From Dehalococcoidia bacterium (lineage in GTDB: Bacteria; Chloroflexota; Dehalococcoidia; Bin125), in NCBI GenBank assembly GCA_965237475.1, contig OZ250140.1:2597877-2661876 (forward strand): DNA of 64,000 bases, written 5' to 3'. Shown here in pieces: positions 38,153-46,768 of the stretch (position 1 is its first letter; each line of letters begins with the position of its first letter). Position numbers and translations under genes: made by a program. The notes beneath the pieces are model-generated. The model worked only from the letters and a program-made list of their open reading frames with translations, was not told where the DNA came from and searched no databases.

Positions 38153-39463
38153 ATGATCGGGGGCGATATGCCGGGTCCACTGCACGGGATTTCGGTGCTG
38201 GAGGTTTCGCAGATCATCGCGGGGCCGATGTGCGGGGTGCTTCTGTCGGATATGGGCGCCGATGTGGTGAAGGTGGAAGCGCCCGGCGGCGAGGCGCTGC
38301 GGGTGGTTGGGCAGTTCGCCCCGAACGAGAGCAAGGTCTTCCACGTCTTCAATCGGGGCAAGCGCGGGATCGTGCTGAACCTCGCCGACGAGCAGGGCCG
38401 CGCCGTGGCGCATCGGCTGGTGCGCGACTTCGATGTGTTCCTGATCAATGCGCGGCCGGGCGTGCCGGCGCGGCTGGGCCTGGACTACGAGACGATCCGT
38501 GAGCAGCAGCCGAACATCATCTACCTCGACAACACTGCGTATGGACCGGAGGGCCCGAGCGCCCATCGCGCCGGCGCCGACATCATTGCGCAGGCCTACT
38601 CGGGCCTGATGGCGGCCGACGAGAAGGTCGACGCAAACGGCGACCCGGTGCTGATCACGGCGACGACCCCGGCCGACTTCGGCGCGGCCTTCACCAGCGC
38701 AATCGGCGTCTGCGCGGCGCTGTTTCACCGCGAGCGCACGGGCGAGGGACAACGCATCCAGACGTCGCTGCTGGGCGCGGCGCTGACGCTGCAGAACACA
38801 GGCAACGCGCGGCTGCCGGCGTCGGACGCGATCCTGCTCGACCCGTCCCTGGACGCGGTCGCCGAAGTGCGTGCACGGGGTGGCACGTGGCCCGAGTTGC
38901 TCGCTGCCCGTTCTGGTACGCGCGCGCTGGTCGGAGGAGCGTTTCTGCTGTACTACGGCGGTTACCAGACGCGCGACGGCGCGATCATGCTGGGCGCACT
39001 GACGCCCAACAATCAGCGGCAGATTCGCGACGCGATCGGCCTGGACCACGATCCGAGCAGCGAGCCCGACTTCAATCCGCTGGCGGAGGATTCGGAAGCG
39101 ATCGTTGACGGCGTGCGTGAGCGGATCAGCGCGATTTTTCGCAGCGACACCACGGCGCACTGGATCGAGCGGCTCGACGCCACCGGCGCGCCCGCCTCGC
39201 AGGTCAATCTGCCCGAGGACATGGTCCACGATCCGCAGGTTCAGGCGCTGGGCATCATGGTCGAGCTGGAGCATCCGCTGACCGGGCCGGAGACGATGGC
39301 CGGCCCGTCGTGGTCGATGTCGGCCACGCCACTGGAGGCACAGGGAGCGTCGCCGATGCTGGACCAAGACACAGACAACGTTTTGGCCGAACATGGTTTC
39401 AGCGCCGAAGAGATCGCTGCGCTGCGGGCCAGCGGGGCGATCGGCGCAGCAGCGCCGGAGTAG
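38153..39463 (+). CDS. Family III CoA-transferase (CaiB/BaiF), paralog of 28949..30268
   Basis: ISVLEVSQIIAGPMCGVLLSDMGADVVKVEAPGG. Confidence 0.75.
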   Translation: MIGGDMPGPLHGISVLEVSQIIAGPMCGVLLSDMGADVVKVEAPGGEALRVVGQFAPNESKVFHVFNRGKRGIVLNLADEQGRAVAHRLVRDFDVFLINARPGVPARLGLDYETIREQQPNIIYLDNTAYGPEGPSAHRAGADIIAQAYSGLMAADEKVDANGDPVLITATTPADFGAAFTSAIGVCAALFHRERTGEGQRIQTSLLGAALTLQNTGNARLPASDAILLDPSLDAVAEVRARGGTWPELLAARSGTRALVGGAFLLYYGGYQTRDGAIMLGALTPNNQRQIRDAIGLDHDPSSEPDFNPLAEDSEAIVDGVRERISAIFRSDTTAHWIERLDATGAPASQVNLPEDMVHDPQVQALGIMVELEHPLTGPETMAGPSWSMSATPLEAQGASPMLDQDTDNVLAEHGFSAEEIAALRASGAIGAAAPE

Positions 39464-39468
39464 TGACC

Positions 39469-40638
39469 ATGCCTCAACCGAACAGCGCCGTCGCATCGCT
39501 GGGCACGGAGACCGCATTCGAGGTCCTCGCGCGGGCTAACGCGCTGGCGGCGTCGGGGCGCAGCATCGTCAACCTCGGCATCGGGCAGCCCGACTTCGCG
39601 ACGCCCGAGCACATCGTGGAGGCGGGCCGGCAGGCGCTGGCCGATGGTCGCCACGGCTACACCCCGGCGGCGGGCATCCCCGAGCTGCGCGACGCCGTCG
39701 CGCGCGACCTCGAACGCCGCCACGGCGAGTCGGTTGAGCCGGGCGCCGTGCTGATCACCCCGGGCGCCAAGCCGGTCATGTTCTGCACCATCCTGATGAT
39801 GGGCGCGCCGGGCGCCGAGATCCTCTATCCCAACCCGGGCTTCCCGATCTACGAGTCGCTGATCCGCTTCTCCGGCGCCACGCCGGTGCCGATCGAGCTG
39901 AAGGAGCGCGACGGCTTCACGTTCGACCCCGAGCAGGTGCTCAGCCAGATCAACGAGCAGACCCGCCTGATCATCCTCAACAGCCCGGCCAACCCGACCG
40001 GCGGCGTCTCGACGCCCGACCAACTCGATCGGCTGGCTGCGGGCCTCGCCGACTGGCCTGAGGTGGTGGTGATGAGCGACGAGATCTATTCGAACATCCT
40101 CTACGGCGGGCGTGAGCACGTCACGATGCTGCGCTACCCGCACCTGCGCGACCGCTTGATCCTGCTCGATGGCTGGAGCAAGACCTACGCGATGACCGGC
40201 TGGCGGATGGGCTACGGCGTCTTCCCGCCCGCGCTGTTCGAGCACGCCGAGCGGATCGCGATCAATGTGTGGTCGTGCCCGAACGCCGCGACGCAGTACG
40301 CCGCCGTGGCCGCGCTCGACGGCGACCAATCGCCAGTGGATCGCATGGTCGAGGCGTTTGATGAGCGCCGACAGGTGATCGTCGCCGAGCTCAACGAAGT
40401 GCCCGGGGTCAGCTGTGTGGATCCCGGCGGCGCGTTCTACGCGTTCCCCAACATTTCGGAGACCGGGATCGACGCGCGCACGATGCAGCACCGCCTGCTC
40501 GACGAAGCGGGCCTCGCGGTGATCGCCGGCACGTCGTTCGGGCACCTTGGGGAGGGCTACCTGCGCTTCTCCTACGCGGCGAGCCTGGAAGACATCCGCG
40601 AAGGTGTCAGCCGCATGCGGCGGCTGCTCGCCGGCTAG
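39469..40638 (+). CDS. Class I/II pyridoxal-phosphate aminotransferase (aspartate/aromatic aminotransferase-like)
   Basis: SIVNLGIGQPDFATP...; WSKTYAMTGWRMGY with the PLP-lysine context; start trimmed to the ATG at 39469. Confidence 0.7.
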   Translation: MPQPNSAVASLGTETAFEVLARANALAASGRSIVNLGIGQPDFATPEHIVEAGRQALADGRHGYTPAAGIPELRDAVARDLERRHGESVEPGAVLITPGAKPVMFCTILMMGAPGAEILYPNPGFPIYESLIRFSGATPVPIELKERDGFTFDPEQVLSQINEQTRLIILNSPANPTGGVSTPDQLDRLAAGLADWPEVVVMSDEIYSNILYGGREHVTMLRYPHLRDRLILLDGWSKTYAMTGWRMGYGVFPPALFEHAERIAINVWSCPNAATQYAAVAALDGDQSPVDRMVEAFDERRQVIVAELNEVPGVSCVDPGGAFYAFPNISETGIDARTMQHRLLDEAGLAVIAGTSFGHLGEGYLRFSYAASLEDIREGVSRMRRLLAG

Positions 40639-40753
40639 GCGCGCTCTGGGCGCGCGGCGGCGGGCGACCGCCTGTCTAGACTGCGGCCAACAGACCGGTC
40701 GGCGCGTCTCACGGGAACCATGCCCGATGCGGCGGCCGTTGAGGAGCAACGTG

Positions 40754-41236
40754 ATGAGCGACAACTTCGAGTACATCTCGCGCAACCGCCTCCAGTTTGA
40801 GGGCGGGATGCGACACGCGACGCTGGGCGACGTGCCCGAGCACGTTGTCTACGGCGTGCAGGGCGCGCTCAAGGAGTACTACGGGGTTCCGGCGGACGCG
40901 CCGCCGGTGGCCGCCACGCTTGACCACATCGTGGCCGCGGTCGGCGGTTGAATGTACGGCACTCTCGCGCGGGCGTTGTCCGTGCGCAAGGTCGAGTTCG
41001 ACCGCTCCGGCTTCACTGCTGACGTTCTGGGCACGATTCGCGGCGAGCGTAAAGAGACCATCCGGATCACCGACATCCACGTGGTCTTCCACATTCCCGG
41101 CGTCGTCGAGGAGCAGCGCGCGGCTGCCGAGCGCGCCGTCGAGTTCCACGCCGCCGGCTGTCCGGCGCACGAGAGCGTGAAGGCAGCGATCGAGATCACC
41201 TGGGAGGCCGACTGGGCCGACGCCCTGGCGCCGTGA
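40754..41236 (+). CDS. OsmC/Ohr-family peroxidase-like protein with an in-frame TGA (40949-40951) at the peroxidatic-cysteine position; candidate selenoprotein or pseudogene
   Basis: ...DHIVAAVGG[TGA]MYGTLARAL aligns with E. coli OsmC ...IGAAHAAC FSMALSL; the resolving Cys is retained in FHAAGCPAHESVKAAIEI (OsmC KAKAGCPVSQVLKAEITL). Confidence 0.45.
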
Positions 41237-41616
41237 CCCTGGCCGCGCCCGAGGGGTTGCTCTATTCCGACGACGACCTCTGGGTCGAAGCAGCGGGCGA
41301 TATCCGTCGCGTCGGCGTGACCGACTTCGCTCAGGACCAGCTGGGGGACATCGTCTATCTCGAACTGCCCGAGCCGGGCGTCGCGGTCGTCGCGGGTCGA
41401 GCCTTTGGCGTGATCGAGTCCGCCAAAGCGGTGATCGACCTGATTAGCCCCGTCACGGGAACGGTGCAGAGCCGGAACGACGCCGCCATCGCCGAGCCAA
41501 CCCTGGTCAACACCCACCCGTACACGGACGCCTGGCTGCTGACCGTGCGGCCGACCGATGCACTTGCAGCGGCACTCATGTCCGCCGCGACGTATCAGTC
41601 ACTCCGCGGCGACTGA
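41233..41616 (+). CDS. gcvH: Glycine-cleavage H-protein-like lipoyl carrier (GcvH family)
   Basis: VGVTDFAQDQLGDIVYLELPEPG...IESAKAVIDLISPVTGTV with the lipoyl-lysine motif. Confidence 0.7.
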   Translation: MTLAAPEGLLYSDDDLWVEAAGDIRRVGVTDFAQDQLGDIVYLELPEPGVAVVAGRAFGVIESAKAVIDLISPVTGTVQSRNDAAIAEPTLVNTHPYTDAWLLTVRPTDALAAALMSAATYQSLRGD

Positions 41617-41926
41617 GCCGGTCGCTTCCCGCTGAGTCGCCGGTCAGCGGCCTGCGCGACGCCCACACGACCGACTTGGGCAGAGGCGGGGGCTGCGATT
41701 GCGGCTCCGGGCGTTCCCGGTCCGCCAGCTCCCCCGTCGTCGCCGAGATGAACTCTTCCAGCTCCAGCGGTTTGCCGCCGATCGTGAAGCGCGCCGTCGG
41801 ACCGATCGGGTGTGACCGATCCTCCTCCTCCTCGTCCTCCTCCTCCTCCTCGGCCTCGATCTCTTCGTCGTCCTGTTGTTCGTCGGGCAGGTCGTCGGGC
41901 AGGTCGTCGGGCAGGTCGTCGGGCAT
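41576..41926 (-). CDS. Hypothetical acidic protein with an N-terminal (DDLP)3 repeat and a Glu-rich tract
   Basis: 116-aa ORF; overlaps the 3' end of gcvH on the opposite strand; no recognisable family. Confidence 0.3.
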   Translation of the reverse strand: MPDDLPDDLPDDLPDEQQDDEEIEAEEEEEDEEEEDRSHPIGPTARFTIGGKPLELEEFISATTGELADRERPEPQSQPPPLPKSVVWASRRPLTGDSAGSDRLSRRGVTDTSRRT

Positions 41927-41940
41927 GGCCGCAACTTAGC

Positions 41941-42672
41941 ATGAGCCCCGTGCTCGACTACACGACGCTCGACTTCCCCGCGCCGCCGGACGATCGCCCG
42001 TATGTCGCGATCAACATGGTCATGTCGGCTGACGGACACACCGTCGTTGAGGGCTCCGAGCGCGGGCTCGGCTCGCCCACCGACCAGCGTCTGATGCGGG
42101 AGCTGCGCGTTCACTTCGATGTCGTGCTCAACGGCGCCGGGACGTTTCGCGCCTCCGGCACCTCCGCCCGGCTGAACGATCCCAAGCTCGAGCAGTGGCG
42201 CCTCGACCGCGGCATGAGCGGGTCGCCGATCGCCGCGGTGCTGACGCGGTCGGGCGATCTGCCGGCGGGCCGACGCTTCTTCACCGACGAGAGCTTCGAG
42301 GCGGTGATCTACCTCTCAGGGGCCGCCCCGACGGGCGCACGCGAGCGTCTCGCGAAGCTGGGCCGCCGGGTCGTGGAGGTCGCCGCAGGCGATGAGGTTC
42401 GGGCCGCGCTCAATCACATGCAGGAGGAGCTGGGCGCCCGGCGAGTCCTGGTGGAAGGGGGCGCGGAGCTGAACGGCGAACTCATCGAGGCGGGGCACGC
42501 CGACGAGTTCTTCCTCACGTTGAGCCCCAAGATCGTCGGTGGCCCCGAGCAGAGCCCTGCCGTTCAGTGGCCGGCTCCGTCATTACGGGACGGGATGCGG
42601 GGTCTGGAGTTGGTTCACTACCGGGCGGAGCCTGAGACCGGCGAACTCTTCCTTCGTTACCGCCTCGACTGA
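41941..42672 (+). CDS. RibD C-terminal-domain / dihydrofolate-reductase-like reductase
   Basis: YVAINMVMSADGHTVVEG...LMRELRVHFDVVLNGAGTFRASG; start trimmed to the ATG at 41941. Confidence 0.6.
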   Translation: MSPVLDYTTLDFPAPPDDRPYVAINMVMSADGHTVVEGSERGLGSPTDQRLMRELRVHFDVVLNGAGTFRASGTSARLNDPKLEQWRLDRGMSGSPIAAVLTRSGDLPAGRRFFTDESFEAVIYLSGAAPTGARERLAKLGRRVVEVAAGDEVRAALNHMQEELGARRVLVEGGAELNGELIEAGHADEFFLTLSPKIVGGPEQSPAVQWPAPSLRDGMRGLELVHYRAEPETGELFLRYRLD

Positions 42673-42689
42673 AGCGGCGCCAGGAATCC

Positions 42690-42866
42690 TCTGAACAACT
42701 CTCCCCCCGCTTTGCGGGGGGAGATGCCGAAGGCAGAGGGGGGCTGCGGTGCCGACTCACGGGCGTGGCTGTATCGGGCGAAGCGGGGACGCCCCCCTCT
42801 GTCCCTACGGGACATCTCCCCCCGCAGAGCGGGGGGAGAGGGGATCCGACTTGTTCAGAGGATTCC
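42690..42866. repeat. REP/MITE-like repeat (family A); the adjacent IS is inserted into it
   Basis: ...ccccctctgtccctacgggacatctccccccgcagagcggggggagaggggatccgacttgttcagaggattcctggcag matches the 5731-5905 unit. Confidence 0.75.
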
Positions 42867-44058
42867 TGGCAGGCTGCTGAAGAAGGGCCCCATGCACCGC
42901 GCTTCCCCGATCTTGGTGCGAGGAGTCACAACTCGACCAGCTCGGCGAGTGGATTCCCTAGTCTCACAGACGAACCGCGACAGATGATTGAGGTGAGGCC
43001 ATGGGAGCGCGCTACTCGCAGCTGGATCTGGAGGAGCGATGTGCGGTTGCCCGGTTACAGGCCGAGGGGCGCTCGGTCCGGCAGATCGCTGCAGCTCTGG
43101 ATCGCGCGCCATCGACGGTTGCTCGGGAGCTGAAACGCAACGCGGGGCGCGATGGCTACCGTCCGGGCTACGCCCAGGAGCAGGCCCGGGCGCGGCGCTG
43201 GCGCGGCTCGCGGCTGGAGCGCGACGCGGGCCTGCGCGAGCGGGTGCTGAGCGAGCTGGCGCGCGGGCTCTCGCCGCAGCAGGTCTCGGGCCGGCTGGCG
43301 CGCGAGGCCGGCCGGGCGGTGATCTCGCACGAGAGCATCTACCGCTTCATCTACGCCCAGATCTCACGCGCCAAGCCGAGCCGTCAGGGCGGTTGGCGCC
43401 ACTATCTGCCGCGGGCCAAGGCGAAGCGCGGCTGGCGCGGTCGCAAGGGCGGCAGCTCGGTTGACCACATTCAGCTGCGGCGGCCCTTGAGCGAGCGTCC
43501 GGCCGCCGCCGCCGACCGGCTCCAGGCCGGCCACTGGGAGGCCGACCTGATGCTCTTCGGACGCTCCGGTCCGGCCCTCTTGATGCTGCACGAGCGCCAC
43601 TCGCGGCTGCTGCTGGCGCTGCCGGTCGCGAGCAAGGCGGCGGCCCCGGTCGCGCGCCTGCTGGTCGCGCTGCTGCGCGGCTGGCCGCCGGCCCTGCGCC
43701 GCACGGTCAGCTTCGACAACGGCAACGAGTTCGCCCAGCACCGCGCGCTGCACCGGCTCGGGGTCGAGACGTTCTTCTGCGACGCCTACGCGCCCTGGCA
43801 GAAGGGCGGGATCGAGAACGCGATCGGCCGCCTGCGCCGGGTCCTGCCGCGCCGCCTCGAGCTCGCCCAACTCAGCATCGAACGGCTCGTGCAGGTGCTG
43901 CAGCTGTACAACAACACCCCGCGCAAGTGCCTCGACTACCTCACCCCGGCCGAAGTCTTCGGCCAGCAACTGGCGCACTTGCAATGTGAACCCACCTTCC
44001 CGCCTGCGCGGGAATGACGGAATTGGCGGGTTGCCCGACTTCTCCAGCAGCCTCCTAG
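42866..44058 (+). mobile_element. IS30-family insertion sequence (~1.19 kb) with imperfect terminal inverted repeats
   Basis: Left end GGCAGGCTGCTGAAGAAGGGCC (42869-42890) versus the reverse complement of the right end GCTAGGAGGCTGCTGGAGAAGTCG (44036-44059); single transposase ORF. Confidence 0.7.
43001..44017 (+). CDS. IS30-family DDE transposase
   Basis: N-terminal HTH (LDLEERCAVARLQAEGRSVRQIAAALDRAPSTVARELKRN); catalytic region with HWEADLM. Confidence 0.8.
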   Translation: MGARYSQLDLEERCAVARLQAEGRSVRQIAAALDRAPSTVARELKRNAGRDGYRPGYAQEQARARRWRGSRLERDAGLRERVLSELARGLSPQQVSGRLAREAGRAVISHESIYRFIYAQISRAKPSRQGGWRHYLPRAKAKRGWRGRKGGSSVDHIQLRRPLSERPAAAADRLQAGHWEADLMLFGRSGPALLMLHERHSRLLLALPVASKAAAPVARLLVALLRGWPPALRRTVSFDNGNEFAQHRALHRLGVETFFCDAYAPWQKGGIENAIGRLRRVLPRRLELAQLSIERLVQVLQLYNNTPRKCLDYLTPAEVFGQQLAHLQCEPTFPPARE

Positions 44059-44999
44059 CCCTCGCGGACCAGCTTCTTGAGGGAGTGGAGCTCGATTCCC
44101 AGGGCGTTGCCGCGGATGGTGTTGCAGACTTCGCCGACGTAGACGTCACCCTTGCTGTCTACGGCGATGCCGTGGGGGGCGATGAACTTGCCGGCTTCGT
44201 CGCCCTCGTCCTGGTGGCCGAGGACGGCCAGACGCTCGCCGTCGCGCGAGTAGATGGTGACGCGGTGGCCGAGGCCGGGGGCGTCCGCCATGCCGCCGAA
44301 TTCGGTGAGTTCGCCGATGTAGATGTTGCCGTCGGGCGCGAGCGTGAGGCCGTCGGGGCGGTGGATGTTGTTCCACATCGTGACGAACTGACCGGACTCA
44401 CTGAAGATCTGCACGCGGTGACACTCGCGGTCGGCGATGTAGAGCAGGCCGTCGTCGTCGATCGCGATGTTGTGCGGGCGGATGAACTGACCTGCGTCGA
44501 TGCCGGGGGTGCCCCAGGTCTGCTTGTGATTCCCGTCGGCGTCGAAACGGTGCACGCACGAGTTTCCATAACCATCGGTCACGAAGACATCGCCCGTGCG
44601 CGGCGAGACCGCCGCGTGGGTTGGACGATTGAACGGCTTGCCGCCCCACGCCGGGGCCGGGTTGAAGGGGTCGCCGAGCGTTTGCAACAGCTCTCCGTCG
44701 GGCGACCAGCGGGTGATCGTGTGGGTCCCGTCGTCGGCGCCCCAGACGTCGCCCTCGGGGCCGATCCAGATACCGTGCGAGCGCTCGGTGAAGGAGCCCT
44801 GGCCCCAGGATCCGCGCCAGGTTCCGTCCGCGTCGAAGACCATCACCGGATGCTCAACGTTGCGCGTCAGCAGGTAGACACGGTCGTCCGCGCCGACGGC
44901 GACGCCCGGCGTCTCCACCAGCGTCACCCCGTCGGGCAGCTGCTCCCATATGTCGAGTGCTGTGTATGTGAACCCACCGTCGCTTAGCTGAGCTGTCAT
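44055..44999 (-). CDS. NHL-repeat six-bladed beta-propeller protein
   Basis: Repeated xYVxDxxNxRVxxF-like blades (LLYIADRECHRVQIF; DVYVGEVCNTIRG); its stop codon lies inside the IS right inverted repeat. Confidence 0.55.
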   Translation of the reverse strand: MTAQLSDGGFTYTALDIWEQLPDGVTLVETPGVAVGADDRVYLLTRNVEHPVMVFDADGTWRGSWGQGSFTERSHGIWIGPEGDVWGADDGTHTITRWSPDGELLQTLGDPFNPAPAWGGKPFNRPTHAAVSPRTGDVFVTDGYGNSCVHRFDADGNHKQTWGTPGIDAGQFIRPHNIAIDDDGLLYIADRECHRVQIFSESGQFVTMWNNIHRPDGLTLAPDGNIYIGELTEFGGMADAPGLGHRVTIYSRDGERLAVLGHQDEGDEAGKFIAPHGIAVDSKGDVYVGEVCNTIRGNALGIELHSLKKLVREG

Positions 45000-45105
45000 C
45001 GAACACCTCTCATTTTGCACGGCGACTGAGATTCAGCGCGCCCTCGGCACATACCCTAACCAATCAGCGGGACATTTCGCGCAGGGATCGCTGTGAGGCA
45101 CCGGC

Positions 45106-46764
45106 ATGACGACGAACGAGCTGCATGAGCGACTGGCGGACCAGTTCGAGGGGGTGGCCCCGCTGGGTTCGGCGGTGCAGCCGAGCTCGCCGGAGTTCCG
45201 CGCCAACGCGGAGTGGATGCACGGCCTCGTCTCCGAGCTGCGCGAGCGCGAAGCGGTGGTCCGCGGCGGCGGCGGCGAGCGTTCGGTGGACCGGCATCAC
45301 GGCCGCGGCAAGCTGCTCGCGCGCGAGCGGATCGAACGACTCGTCGACCCCGCCTCGCCGTTCCTCGAGCTCAGCGCGCTCGCCGCGACGGGCATGTACG
45401 GCGACGAGGCGCCAGGCGCGGGGATTGTGACGGGGATTGGGCGGGTGGCCAACCGCGAGGTCGTGATCGTGGCCAACGACGCCACCGTCAAGGGCGGCTC
45501 CTACTACCCGATCTCGGTCAAGAAGCACCTGCGCGCGCAGGAGATCGCCGAGCAGAACCGGCTGCCGTGCGTGTACCTCGTCGATTCCGGCGGCGCGTTC
45601 CTGCCGATGCAGGCGGATGTCTTCCCCGACCGCGACCACTTCGGCCGCATCTTCTACAACCAGGCCCGCATGTCGGCCCAGGGCATCCCCCAGATCGCCG
45701 CGGTGATGGGTTCCTGCACGGCCGGCGGCGCCTATGTCCCGGCGATGAGCGACGAGGCGATCATCGTCGACGGCACCGGCACGATCTTCCTCGGCGGGCC
45801 ACCGCTGGTCCGCGCGGCGACGGGTGAGGAGATCTCCGCCGAAGACCTCGGCGGCGGGATCGTTCACAGCCAGATCTCCGGGGTGGCCGACCATCTCGCG
45901 ACCGACGACGATCATGCGCTGGAGCTGGTCCGCGCGGCGGTCGACTCGCTGGGCGCGACGCCGCCGGCGCCGCCCTGGTCCCGCGCCCCGATTGAGCCGC
46001 CGCTGCACGACCCCGAGGAGCTCTACGGGATCATCCCGCAGTCGACGCGCAGCAGCTACGACGTGCGTGAGGTGATCGCCCGGCTGATCGATGGCTCGCG
46101 GCTGCACGAGTTCAAACCCACGTGGGGCGCGACGCTGGTCTGCGGCTTCGCCCGCGTGCTTGGCTACCCGGTCGGGATCGTGGCGAACAACGGGATCCTC
46201 TTCTCCGAGAGCGCGCTCAAGGGAGCGCACTTCATCCAGCTCTGCGCGCGACGCAAGATTCCGCTGCTCTTTCTGCAGAACATCACCGGCTTCATGGTCG
46301 GGCGTCGCTACGAGCACGAGGGCATCGCGAAGCACGGGGCGAAGATGGTGACCGCCGTCGCCTGCGCGGCCGTGCCCAAGTTCAGCCTCGTGCTGGGCGG
46401 CTCGTTCGGCGCGGGCAACTATGCGATGTGCGGGCGCGCCTACAGCCCGCGCCTACTGTGGGGCTGGCCGAACGCGCGCGTTTCGGTGATGGGCGGCGAG
46501 CAGGCGGCCAACGTGCTGCTCACGATCCGGCTCGACAACCTCCGCGCCCGCGGCGGAGACATGTCGGCCGATGAGCAGCAGGAGTTCATGGCGCCGACGC
46601 TCGAGAAGTACGAGGAAGAGGGCGCTGCCTGGTATTCCACTGCGCGTATCTGGGACGACGGTATCCTCGACCCGCTCGATACTCGCACGGCGCTCGGCGT
46701 CGGCATCGCCGCGTCGCTGAACGCGCCAATCCCCGACTCGCAATTCGGCGTATTCCGGATGTAG
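45106..46764 (+). CDS. Acyl-CoA carboxylase carboxyltransferase (beta) subunit, methylcrotonyl/propionyl-CoA carboxylase type
   Basis: 552 aa with two carboxyltransferase halves; GGAFLPMQ...; [18 protein letters not shown]. Confidence 0.75.
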   Translation: MTTNELHERLADQFEGVAPLGSAVQPSSPEFRANAEWMHGLVSELREREAVVRGGGGERSVDRHHGRGKLLARERIERLVDPASPFLELSALAATGMYGDEAPGAGIVTGIGRVANREVVIVANDATVKGGSYYPISVKKHLRAQEIAEQNRLPCVYLVDSGGAFLPMQADVFPDRDHFGRIFYNQARMSAQGIPQIAAVMGSCTAGGAYVPAMSDEAIIVDGTGTIFLGGPPLVRAATGEEISAEDLGGGIVHSQISGVADHLATDDDHALELVRAAVDSLGATPPAPPWSRAPIEPPLHDPEELYGIIPQSTRSSYDVREVIARLIDGSRLHEFKPTWGATLVCGFARVLGYPVGIVANNGILFSESALKGAHFIQLCARRKIPLLFLQNITGFMVGRRYEHEGIAKHGAKMVTAVACAAVPKFSLVLGGSFGAGNYAMCGRAYSPRLLWGWPNARVSVMGGEQAANVLLTIRLDNLRARGGDMSADEQQEFMAPTLEKYEEEGAAWYSTARIWDDGILDPLDTRTALGVGIAASLNAPIPDSQFGVFRM

Positions 46765-46768
46765 CCGC

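Noticed and set aside
40754-41236. Treating the two OsmC-like ORFs as two separate genes
   Set aside because: Each half alone lacks a complete OsmC fold. Read through the TGA, they align collinearly with full-length OsmC, with the TGA at the catalytic Cys. The pair is reported instead as a single candidate Sec-containing or disrupted gene.
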